A DNA stretch of 32,000 nt from Halomicrobium mukohataei DSM 12286. Its GTDB lineage: Archaea > Halobacteriota > Halobacteria > Halobacteriales > Haloarculaceae. Position 1 is the stretch's first letter; each line of letters opens with the position of its first letter. Position numbers and translations under genes: made by a program. The notes below the pieces were generated by a model. That model saw only the letters and a list, made by a program, of their open reading frames with translations, did not search any database and was not told where the DNA came from. Shown in pieces: positions 15,797 through 23,842 of this stretch. The stretch lies in the NCBI RefSeq assembly GCF_000023965.1, contig NC_013202.1, positions 2,760,001 to 2,792,000 on the forward strand, given 5' to 3'.

Positions 15797-18700
15797 TCAC
15801 ATGAACTGGCCGAGGCCGGTCTGTTCCTGGCCGGACTTGACCTCGTCCCACGAGATACCCATCGCTTCGAGGATCCTGGCGATCGGACCCTTCAGCGTCT
15901 TGTCGAGCATCTTCTCCCAGTCGACCTCGAACTCTTCGGGAATCTGGTCGGCGAACTCGAAACAGATCACGTCCGGGTCGCGGCGGAACTCGCCGTACAG
16001 CGGATCCTCGGCGGGATCGAGTCCCTTCTCGGCCTCGATCCGCTGGAAGAAGTCGTCATGGACTCGATCCAGGTAGAGCCGTTTGGGTTTCGAGCCGCTC
16101 TGGAAGTTCGTCCCCAGCAGCATGTTGGCGTACTTCGCCCCGCGCACCTGGGCCGTGTCGGTGTCGTAGCTGTCGAGTTTCTGGCCGATGCCGCCGGGGA
16201 TACCCACGTCTTCGGGGTCGACGTTGCCGGCCTGGTAGTCCTCGATCACGTCGTGGACGTACTCCTTGATCGTGTCGGCGTCCTCGCCGTGGACGATCAT
16301 GTCGATGACCTCCTTCTGGACGCGCTTGGTGATCGGTGCGATGTCCGAACGCTGGTACTCGAAGCCGGTGATGTCGATGTCGTCGACGTCTTTGCCCTCC
16401 TTCCAGACGATGTGGCCGGCGTAGCGCTTCTTCTTGCCCGCCTGGAAGAAGCGCCGATAGAGCTTCTCGAACTCGATCTGGAAGCGGTGAAACTGCGCGT
16501 TGAGTTCTTCGAGGGCAAAATCGTCGTAGGCCTCGTTGATCGTCTCTTCGAGTTCGAACCCCTTCTGGATCGTCGCCGCGACGGTTTCCAGTTCGCCGTC
16601 GTCCATCTCGGGGTGTTTTGCCCGCATCTCGTCGGTGACCACAACGTCGCCTTCGACGTCGTCCGGGCCGATGTCTCCGACCTGTAGCATGACGCTGTCA
16701 GTATCCCCGTAGACGACCTCGTACCCCTCTCTGGCGACGACTTCGTCGGTGTAATCGATCACCTTGCGACCGGTCGCCGTGACGGCCGCCCCCATCTCCT
16801 TGTCGTATAGACGGAACCGATCCCATCCGAGGACACCATAGAGCGACTGACCGACGAACTGGAATTTCCCGTTCCGCCCGGCGAGCAGAGTGTGGTTGTC
16901 CTCAACCGTGACACAGTGAACACCGTTTTCAGCCGTGCTTTCACCGCCACTCCGGTGCATCCGGAGCGTGTTCTTGCTGTCTTCGGTGACGTAGATGCGG
17001 TACGTTCCACTGTCTTCATTGTAGCTGGCGGTGAGTCCGAGATGAGCACAGAGTCGTAAGACATCGTCGCGGAGCCGTTCACTTGCAGTGCTGTAGCGCC
17101 AACTGTTGGTCTGCCAGTCCCCGTCGCCAGCGATAAGCGTATCAAGGAAGGTCCGTTTCTGTGCTTGGCTTGTTTCGAACACGAACTCGGGAATCCGCTT
17201 CTCGAAGCTGTCGCTACCACAGAGCCGTTCGAAGAGATCACCAAGCAGTTTCGAAGTGAACTGGTACCCTTTCTCGTCGACGTACGCATCGAACCCCATG
17301 CCGTCGAGGAGGCTGCCTATCCGTGTGTGGTCGTCACCAGATCCTCCGTCCGGGACCGCATCCTGTGCAATGTTCACTGTTGTTGAACTACCTCGGAAAT
17401 GCTCACCAAACTGCTTATCCGCAGATGTGTAGATGCTTCCTTCGGTGATGTACCACGCCAGCAGTTCGAGGAAGTCGTCACCGTCGTAAAACCGTGGAAT
17501 CCACTTGCGACCGCGCTCAGAGTGGACGTAAAACCCTGAACAGCTCTCATCAATATACGCACGGTGCTCCCGGAACGATTCGGCGTCAAACACGTAGCCA
17601 GTCCCGTCTTCACCCTGCTTTTGCATCTTGTCCGGACGGTACCCAACCTCTGCGGCAAGAGTGTGTCCGTGGTCGTCGTTGTCACACCATACCTCGAACG
17701 CACCCTCAAGGATGTCGACGAGATCCACCTCGTTGAGCCGCTCACCGTCGGGACCGTCCCAGTCGTGGGGCAGTTCGTAGTTCGTCGCTCGATCGAGTTC
17801 GCCCGCTTCGACGAACCCGTACTCGTCTTCGGTGATCCCGTTTGTCTCGTTCTTCCGGACGAGCATCCGGTGGTTCGGCGTCACTCGGAAGTCGATCTTA
17901 CTCGTCTCGATGTCGACGAGGTCGCCCCGATAGTCGGGGTAGTCGTGGGTCTCGACGACCGGCTTGACCTCCATGCGCATCGTTTCCGGATCGAGAGAGT
18001 ACACTTCGTCGCCGACTTCGAGATCCGTGATGTCGCGAACGCCCTCGGGCGTGACGACCTCGGTGTCCGGCGTAAAGCAGTTCATGATCACCTTCACCGC
18101 CGCTTGTTGCCGGTCGTAGCGCTCGTAGGCGTCCTCTTTCGGGTCGTGATCGTTCCGAAGCGACTTTTTCTCCTCGCGTTCTGATAGGAGTTCGTCGACC
18201 ATCTCCCGGATCGCGCCGTCCGGTTCCTTCCGGAAGTGGGTCCCGTTGGGCGCGCGGTAGGTGTCGCCGTCGTAGGCCTCCGGGTCGACCTTCGTCTCGG
18301 GGCTCGCGTTGGTCGTCACCATGCACATCGGATAGAGGCTCTTCAGGTCCAGCACCGTCACGTTCTCCCTGACACCGGTGATGGGGTCGAACACGGCCCC
18401 GCCCTCGTAGTCCTCGCTCTCTTGCTGGCCCTTCGAGGGGAGTGCGAACTCGCCGTGGAGTTTGTGCAGGACGTACATGTCGACGGCGTCACCGGGCGTG
18501 GTGGCGTCTTCGAGCTTACAGCCGACGAAGGTGCGGACCTCGTCCCAGAAGGCGACGATGTCCTGATCGCGGTCGAGTTCGACGCAGAGCTCCACGTCCC
18601 GGAGGTTGTACTCCAGCAGGCGCTCGGGGTCGTCTTCCCAGAGGTCGCCGATGTCGCCGGGATAGCGTTCCTTGCCGACGCCCAGTTCGACCTCGCCGAC

Positions 18701-19834
18701 CGCGTCGAGCCGGTAGGAGTCGAGTTCGCTGAACTGGGTGCGCTGGTAGGCGTACAGCAGGTCGAAGACGACTCGCCCCTTGATGTCGGGGCCGCCCCAG
18801 CCCGAGCGCCAGACCTCGTCCACCCGCGAGAGGCGGTCGACACTGAGGTCGTAGTCGTGGTGTGGGCCCTGCAGTTCTTCCAGTCGGTCGAGGAAGTACG
18901 GCGCGTCGAAGTCGTCGAAGTTCCACCCGCTGAGGATGTCCGGGTCCGTCTCGTCGATGTAGTCGACGAAGGCCTCCAGCATCGCCTCCTCCTCGGTGAA
19001 TCTTCGAATCTCGGCGTCGATCTCGCCCTCGATAGGCTCGTAGTCGGGGAGATGGTCCGGCCCTTCGATCCCGTCGGGGGCCTCGTACAGCCAGAGGACG
19101 TACTCGTCGCGGTAGGAGTCGTGACTGGTCAGGCAGACGATCGGCTCCTCGCCGTCCTCGGGGAACCCCGAGCGGTCGTCGACCTCGATGTCGAAGACGT
19201 TCACCCGCGGTGTCGCCTGCACGTTCGCGGGCGCGACCTCCGCGTGATGGACCCGGAGACTGCCGTCGTCGTCCTCTCTGAGCGGGACTTCGACACCGCT
19301 GGTGAGTCCCTTGTCGATGAGAAATCGGTTGGGAAAGAGGATGTCGGCCTCGTAGTGGTCGAACTCGTCGCGGATCTGTCCCACGTCACGGGGCGTCCGA
19401 CCGAAGATCTTGACGAGTCGCTCGCCTCGGATCGACTCGTAGGGATCGCCGTCTGCGTCGGTCTCCTCCCAGCCAGTGATGCTGTCGTAGCCTCGCAGTC
19501 GCTCCTCCGTGACGTTCTCTGCGGGCGCGTAGAAGTACGGTCGAAAGTCGTAGACGCGGGCGTGGACGGCGTCCTCGGACTCAGTTCGGCCGAAAACGTG
19601 GATGACTGGATACTCGTCGTCGCCGCGCCCCTCGATGGTGTAGTCGATCTGGGTGACGGCCATCGAAACCGTCTCCTCGACGTCCTCGAAGAGCCGGTCG
19701 CTGGCGTCGACCACGTCGGCGGTCGACGCGCTCGTGCCGGCGACCGCCGCTGCCTCTTGGGCAACGTCGCGCTCGTCGTCAGTGTCGTCGCTGTCGACGA
19801 ACGCGCCGAGGTCCTGCTGGCCCTGCTCGCTCAT
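15797..19834 (-). CDS. polB: Family-B DNA polymerase (PolB1-type) precursor containing one intein (1345 aa; about 934 aa after splicing)
   Basis: Exo motifs: FDIEVDD, NFDDFDAPYF, YNLRDVEL. Pol motifs: LDLKSLYPM (A), KVIMN|intein|SLYG (B), VYGDTDS (C). The start is ATG 19834 (MSEQGQQ...), supported by a TATA-like element 29 nt upstream. The 20 codons further upstream are not protein-like. Confidence 0.95.
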   Translation of the reverse strand: MSEQGQQDLGAFVDSDDTDDERDVAQEAAAVAGTSASTADVVDASDRLFEDVEETVSMAVTQIDYTIEGRGDDEYPVIHVFGRTESEDAVHARVYDFRPYFYAPAENVTEERLRGYDSITGWEETDADGDPYESIRGERLVKIFGRTPRDVGQIRDEFDHYEADILFPNRFLIDKGLTSGVEVPLREDDDGSLRVHHAEVAPANVQATPRVNVFDIEVDDRSGFPEDGEEPIVCLTSHDSYRDEYVLWLYEAPDGIEGPDHLPDYEPIEGEIDAEIRRFTEEEAMLEAFVDYIDETDPDILSGWNFDDFDAPYFLDRLEELQGPHHDYDLSVDRLSRVDEVWRSGWGGPDIKGRVVFDLLYAYQRTQFSELDSYRLDAVGEVELGVGKERYPGDIGDLWEDDPERLLEYNLRDVELCVELDRDQDIVAFWDEVRTFVGCKLEDATTPGDAVDMYVLHKLHGEFALPSKGQQESEDYEGGAVFDPITGVRENVTVLDLKSLYPMCMVTTNASPETKVDPEAYDGDTYRAPNGTHFRKEPDGAIREMVDELLSEREEKKSLRNDHDPKEDAYERYDRQQAAVKVIMNCFTPDTEVVTPEGVRDITDLEVGDEVYSLDPETMRMEVKPVVETHDYPDYRGDLVDIETSKIDFRVTPNHRMLVRKNETNGITEDEYGFVEAGELDRATNYELPHDWDGPDGERLNEVDLVDILEGAFEVWCDNDDHGHTLAAEVGYRPDKMQKQGEDGTGYVFDAESFREHRAYIDESCSGFYVHSERGRKWIPRFYDGDDFLELLAWYITEGSIYTSADKQFGEHFRGSSTTVNIAQDAVPDGGSGDDHTRIGSLLDGMGFDAYVDEKGYQFTSKLLGDLFERLCGSDSFEKRIPEFVFETSQAQKRTFLDTLIAGDGDWQTNSWRYSTASERLRDDVLRLCAHLGLTASYNEDSGTYRIYVTEDSKNTLRMHRSGGESTAENGVHCVTVEDNHTLLAGRNGKFQFVGQSLYGVLGWDRFRLYDKEMGAAVTATGRKVIDYTDEVVAREGYEVVYGDTDSVMLQVGDIGPDDVEGDVVVTDEMRAKHPEMDDGELETVAATIQKGFELEETINEAYDDFALEELNAQFHRFQIEFEKLYRRFFQAGKKKRYAGHIVWKEGKDVDDIDITGFEYQRSDIAPITKRVQKEVIDMIVHGEDADTIKEYVHDVIEDYQAGNVDPEDVGIPGGIGQKLDSYDTDTAQVRGAKYANMLLGTNFQSGSKPKRLYLDRVHDDFFQRIEAEKGLDPAEDPLYGEFRRDPDVICFEFADQIPEEFEVDWEKMLDKTLKGPIARILEAMGISWDEVKSGQEQTGLGQFM
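16847..18079 (-). mobile_element. Full-size intein (411 aa) with a LAGLIDADG homing-endonuclease domain, inserted in polymerase motif B (K...N|SLYG)
   Basis: N-terminal splice junction KVIMN|CFTPDTEVVTPEG. Block B is RVTPNHRM. The LAGLIDADG motifs are LLAWYITEGSIY and FLDTLIAGDGDW. C-terminal block VHCVTVEDNHTLLAGRNGKFQFVGQ|SLYG. Removing 16847..18079 restores the contiguous motif KVIMNSLYG in frame (1233 nt = 411 codons). Confidence 0.9.
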
Positions 19835-19858
19835 GATGTGGCGTCGTTCGGGATGCCC

Positions 19859-19867
19859 GATAAAAAC
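19859..19867 (-). promoter_or_regulatory. TATA-box-like element (GTTTTTATC on the minus strand) for a leaderless polB transcript
   Basis: Centred about 29 nt upstream of ATG 19834. Confidence 0.5.
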
Positions 19868-19978
19868 TACGGCGGTCGGCGATCCACGGCCCAACGTGTC
19901 GCTCGAATCGCAGGACGAAAGTATGGTCGCGGCCAGAAGGTATATGGTAACTCATGACATACCTACGTCTGAGTCCCA

Positions 19979-20167
19979 ATGTCGGACAACGCACACGCAG
20001 ACGAGCGGGACAGCGCGGAGGAACGACGCTCCAAACCCGGACTGCCGGCGGCAGTAGAGACGACCGAAACCTACGAGACCGACGAGGGGACAGTGTTTTA
20101 CGACGCCGAGAACCCGCTCGCGTGGCTGCAGACGGATTCGGCCGTCACGCTGACCGAGCGCGTGTAG
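19979..20167 (+). CDS. Small acidic hypothetical protein (62 aa)
   Basis: ATG ORF MSDNAHADERDSAEERRSKPGLPAAVETTETYETDEGTVFYDAENPLAWLQTDSAVTLTERV. Composition is haloarchaeal. A TATA-like GGTATATGG at 19939-19947 lies upstream. No family assignment that I can verify. Confidence 0.6.
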   Translation: MSDNAHADERDSAEERRSKPGLPAAVETTETYETDEGTVFYDAENPLAWLQTDSAVTLTERV

Positions 20168-20210
20168 GCCAGGGCGAACTGCTTTTGCCCGGTGGGACGA
20201 AAGCCAGGAC

Positions 20211-20597
20211 GTGAGCAGCGACGAGCCCGACGATAGCATTGCGGACGAGGGGCCGACGCCTCCCTCGGTCGACGGCCCCGACCCCGAGCAGATCGGTCCG
20301 GGAGTGCCGACCGCCCCCGGAACGGAAACCGATCCGGAATCGATGGGGCCGGAGATTCCCGACCCGCCGGAACCGGGCGCGGCCGACGCCGACGCCGAGA
20401 GCGTCCGCCTGTTCTGGAAACTCGTCCTGGTGTTCAACGTCGCCGTCTTCGGCCTCGCCGTCGGCCCGATGTTCGCGTACTTTCTGGGGGACTGGGACCG
20501 CGGCCTCCAGATTTTCGCCGTCGGTGCGCTGGCGCTCGTGTACGGGCTCGTCAGGTACTACGGCTTCCATCGAGACCGGCGGGAAGACGCTCGGTGA
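20211..20597 (+). CDS. Hypothetical membrane protein (128 aa): acidic/Pro-rich N-terminus plus two TM helices
   Basis: GTG start at 20211. TM segments are LFWKLVLVFNVAVFGLAVGPMFAYFL and LQIFAVGALALVYGLVRYY. The N-terminal half is disordered (PDPEQIGPGVPTAPGTETDPE...). Confidence 0.6.
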   Translation: MSSDEPDDSIADEGPTPPSVDGPDPEQIGPGVPTAPGTETDPESMGPEIPDPPEPGAADADAESVRLFWKLVLVFNVAVFGLAVGPMFAYFLGDWDRGLQIFAVGALALVYGLVRYYGFHRDRREDAR

Positions 20598-20713
20598 GAC
20601 CGTCGCCATCAGCGGTGCTCGGTGCTCGCCCACGCGATATGCCGACGCCGCGTGCGGACTGCTCGTCCGCAGACAACACAACACCTACACGCGTTCCGGC
20701 CGAACGGCGACCG

Positions 20714-21139
20714 ATGCGAACTGTGGAAGACCGTGAGGGTGATCGGTATCTGCTGGTCAAGCAATCCAGCGAGTCGAGTCTCGTCCGCGATCCGGCGACC
20801 GGCGAGGAGCGCCACCTCCCGAACGACGCTCTCGAACCGGTGACGGAGACGAGCCCGCTCTCGACGGCGGCAACTGCGGTGTCCGAGCCGCTCCGTCGAG
20901 TCGTGACCGCCACACACGACGACCGCGCGCTGGGACTGCTGGTGACACTCGAAGCGCGCGGCCCGACCGACGTACGCGTCCTCCTCGATCGGTACGAGCT
21001 GTGCGAGAGCGATCTCCACGGCCTGCTGGCGGAGTTTCGCGCTGCCGGGCTGGTCGCGGAAGCGGACGTGCCGGGCGGCCGCGGGTACGACACTACTGCG
21101 GTCGCCAGCGAGGCCCTGGCGACGCTGCGGGGCGACTAG
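20714..21139 (+). CDS. Hypothetical protein with a probable C-terminal winged-helix domain (141 aa)
   Basis: ATG at 20714 (MRTVEDREGDRYLLVKQSSESSLVRDPATGEERHLP...). The C-terminal part ALGLLVTLEARGPTDVRVLLDRYELCESDLHGLLAEFRAAGLVAE looks wHTH-like. The upstream 40 codons from GTG 20594 are Arg/Pro-rich and not protein-like. Confidence 0.65.
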   Translation: MRTVEDREGDRYLLVKQSSESSLVRDPATGEERHLPNDALEPVTETSPLSTAATAVSEPLRRVVTATHDDRALGLLVTLEARGPTDVRVLLDRYELCESDLHGLLAEFRAAGLVAEADVPGGRGYDTTAVASEALATLRGD

Positions 21140-23811
21140 TCCGCGGCGTCCGCGACGACGCCCGCCTCGACTCGCTGTGCCGTCGAGCGGTTGGTCGTCG
21201 AGTTCTTTTCGACGCGGACCAGCGCGTCGGCCGCACCCACGAGTTCCTCGTCGTGGCTGACGACGACGATCTGCTCGACGCCCACGTCGTCGCGCATGAA
21301 CTCGATCAGGCCGAGCAGCCGTGAGACGTGCCCGGAGTCGAGAAAGACGGTCGGCTCGTCGAGGATCAGCGGCGGCATCGGTGCGGCCCCCTCGATCCCC
21401 TCGGCCAGCAGGCGGTAGATCGCACATCGGAGACTGAGGTTGAACAGCGCGCGCTCGCCCCCCGAGAGCTGCTCGGGATCGAGCGCCTCGCCGTCTTTCT
21501 GGTACACCGTCAGCTGGTACTCTCCGTCGAGTTCGATGTGCGAGTACGAGTCGTTCTGGTAGACCAGATCGAACACGTCGTTGAGCATCCGTTCGAGCGT
21601 CTCGACGTTGCGCTGGCGCAGCTCCGCTCGGACGGTGCCGTACATCGACTCCAGCTCCTCGGCTTCCTCGTACAGCGTCGCGAGCTTCTCGACGGTCGCC
21701 GCCAGTTCGTCGCGACGGTCACGGAGCTCCTCCAGGGCCTCGATCTCGTTTTCGACGGCCCCGGCACTCGCCTGTAAGTCGTCGCGTTCGGCCCGGAGTT
21801 CGTCGAGCTTATCGTCTGCCTGCTGGATGTACTCCGTCGCCCGCTCGCGTTCCGCGCGGGCCTCCTGGACGTTTGCGTCGTCGAACTCCGCTTCGAGGGC
21901 GGACGTGCGCTCTCGCTTGTCGGCGAGTCGCTCGCGGCGCTCGTCGTTGATCTCGCCTTTCTGCTGGCGCTGCTCGCGCAGTCGTTCGAGGTCGTCCTCA
22001 CAGTCCTCGACCGCCGCGAGCAGCGTCTCGATGCGTTCGAGCCGTTCCAGCTCCGTCTTGCACTCCTGGCGCTGCTGATTGCAGTCTGCGACGACGTCGC
22101 GACACTCCTGGGCCGCTTGCTCGGCCTCGGTGGCCGCCTCGCGCTTCTCGTCGGCCTCCGAGGCCAACTCCTCGGCGTCGGCCCGGAGCTGTTCGATCCG
22201 GTCTTCCTCCTCGTCGAGTCCCGACTCGCGGTCCTCGATCAAGCGCGTAACGTCGTCGCGTCTCGTCTCCAGCGTCTCGATCTCGGCCGCCGTCTCGACG
22301 AGTTGCTCGGCTCGTTCGAGTCGCTCCTCGCGGGTCGTCACCGTCTCGCGAGCCGCTTCGAGTTCACGTTCGTGTTCCTCGATGCGGTCGCGCCGTTCGT
22401 CGATCTCCGCGACGTGAGGTGAGTCTCCCACGTCCTGTCCGCACTCGGGACACTTCCCGGCTTCGAGGAGCTGCTGGGCCTCGGCGACGCGCTCGCGTTC
22501 GGTTTCGAGCGTCGTCTCCAGTTCCGTGACCCGCTGGCGCGCGTCTTCGAGCGTCGACGCGACCTCGTCGCGGTGGTCTTCGACGCCGTCTCGATCCACC
22601 GGTGCCCCCTCGAAGCGGGCCGCGAGTGTCTCGATTCGCTCGTCGATCTCGTCGAGTTGGTCGCGCCGTTCCCGTACGTCCTCGCGGGTATCGGCCAACT
22701 CGGCTTCGAGCCGCTCGGCCTCCTCGCGTTTCTCCGTGGCTCGCTCGTCGAGAGTCGCGGCGCTCTCGCGCAGCGACTCGGCCTCGCTGCCGTGTTCCGA
22801 GGCCGCGACCCGCTGCTGTTCGATCCGGTCTCGCAGCTCGTCGTCGCGGGCAGTCAGTTCGTCGATCCGGTCCGAGACGGCCTCGGAGTCGGCGCTGTCG
22901 AGGGCGCTCTCGGCGACGGCCTCCCGGAGCTCCGTCTCGCGCTCGCTCAGCGTCTCCTTTCGGTCCCGAATTCGCTCGTCGATCTCGTCTCGCTCCCGTT
23001 CGGTTTCGGCGATCGTTTCGCGGAGCTCGTCGATCTCGGCTTCGAGTTCGTCGAGTTCGGCCTGTCTCTCCTCGTGGTCGTCGATGATCGACTGGGCGTC
23101 GTCTCGGGTCTCGACTGCCCGCTCGCGCTGGCCTTCGATGCGTTCGATCTCCTCGCTGGTCTGGGCGATCTGGCTCCGGAGTTCGTTGAGACGGTCGTAG
23201 AGGTCACGCTCCTCCTTCTCGGCGATCTGCTCTTCGAGCTGGCCCAGCGCGCCCTGTTTGTCGTCGCGAACGCGGCCGATGCCGACGCGGGCGTCGCTCG
23301 CCCGCTCGCGGTACTCCTCTAGCTTCCCGAGCTGGAGGAGGTCGTCGAGCATGTCCTGGCGCTGGCTCGGCGAAGCGTTGATCAGCTTGTTGACCTCGCC
23401 CTGCCTGACGTACGCACAGTTGACGAACGCCTCGCTGTCCATCCGGAGGAGTTCGGTGACGCGGCGGCGGACGGCGCGAGCCCCGTCGAAGCTCCCCTCC
23501 GGTGTTTCGAGGACGCACTTGGCGGTCGTCGCTCGCTCGCCCGTCGCCCGGACCCGGCGCTCGATGTGGAAGTCGCCGCCGCCGTGGCTGAACCACAGCT
23601 CGACGGTCGCGTCGTCGGCCCCGATCGAGACGATCTCGTCGAGGTTCTCGTCGAGGGCCTTGGTCCCGTAGAGCGCGAAGAAACAGGCCTCCAGCAGCGA
23701 GGACTTCCCGCTGCCGTTGAGGCCGTGGATGATCGTCACGCCGCGGTCGAGCCGCAGGTCGGCCTCGCCGTAACACTTGAAGTTCTCCATCCGGACCCGA
23801 GAGATCCTCAT
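21136..23811 (-). CDS. rad50: DNA double-strand break repair ATPase Rad50
   Basis: Start at ATG 23811 (MRISRVRMENFKCYGEADL...). Walker A is GLNGSGKSSLLEA. It has a very long Glu/Arg-rich coiled coil with the zinc hook AGKCPECGQ. The ABC signature is LSGGERALFNLSLRCAIY, and Walker B plus D-loop is PLILDEPTVFLDSGH. The 5' extension of ORF 21136..24126 overlaps mre11 and is junk. Confidence 0.95.
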   Translation of the reverse strand: MRISRVRMENFKCYGEADLRLDRGVTIIHGLNGSGKSSLLEACFFALYGTKALDENLDEIVSIGADDATVELWFSHGGGDFHIERRVRATGERATTAKCVLETPEGSFDGARAVRRRVTELLRMDSEAFVNCAYVRQGEVNKLINASPSQRQDMLDDLLQLGKLEEYRERASDARVGIGRVRDDKQGALGQLEEQIAEKEERDLYDRLNELRSQIAQTSEEIERIEGQRERAVETRDDAQSIIDDHEERQAELDELEAEIDELRETIAETERERDEIDERIRDRKETLSERETELREAVAESALDSADSEAVSDRIDELTARDDELRDRIEQQRVAASEHGSEAESLRESAATLDERATEKREEAERLEAELADTREDVRERRDQLDEIDERIETLAARFEGAPVDRDGVEDHRDEVASTLEDARQRVTELETTLETERERVAEAQQLLEAGKCPECGQDVGDSPHVAEIDERRDRIEEHERELEAARETVTTREERLERAEQLVETAAEIETLETRRDDVTRLIEDRESGLDEEEDRIEQLRADAEELASEADEKREAATEAEQAAQECRDVVADCNQQRQECKTELERLERIETLLAAVEDCEDDLERLREQRQQKGEINDERRERLADKRERTSALEAEFDDANVQEARAERERATEYIQQADDKLDELRAERDDLQASAGAVENEIEALEELRDRRDELAATVEKLATLYEEAEELESMYGTVRAELRQRNVETLERMLNDVFDLVYQNDSYSHIELDGEYQLTVYQKDGEALDPEQLSGGERALFNLSLRCAIYRLLAEGIEGAAPMPPLILDEPTVFLDSGHVSRLLGLIEFMRDDVGVEQIVVVSHDEELVGAADALVRVEKNSTTNRSTAQRVEAGVVADAAD

Positions 23812-23812
23812 C

Positions 23813-23822
23813 GGATCACCTC
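23813..23822 (-). promoter_or_regulatory. Shine-Dalgarno-like ribosome-binding site for rad50 (GAGGTGATCC on the minus strand)
   Basis: A 10-nt match to the complement of the conserved 16S rRNA 3' end (..GAUCACCUCC..), just upstream of ATG 23811 in the 31-nt mre11-rad50 spacer. Confidence 0.55.
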
Positions 23823-23842
23823 TCGGGAGGCCGTGTCGTCTC

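Noticed and set aside
19835-19894. Upstream ATG at 19894 as the polB start (MGRGSPTAVVFIGHPERRHI...)
   Set aside because: The TATA-like element GTTTTTATC (19859-19867) lies inside this extension, 29 nt upstream of ATG 19834. The extension is basic and not protein-like. ATG 19834 gives the acidic N-terminus MSEQGQQDLGAF...
20594-20713. GTG start at 20594, overlapping the preceding stop as GTGA, which would extend the wHTH-like gene by 40 codons
   Set aside because: The extension (MRPSPSAVLGARPRDMPTPRADCSSADNTTPTRVPAERRP) is Arg/Pro-rich and not acidic. The sequence becomes protein-like only from ATG 20714. I kept this as a low-probability alternative.
21136-21139. Convergent genes sharing overlapping stop codons (CTAG at 21136-21139 and 27370-27373; TTAG at 30768-30771)
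   Set aside because: This is real but trivial. It follows from genome compaction and TAG/TAA stop usage, with no evidence of function.
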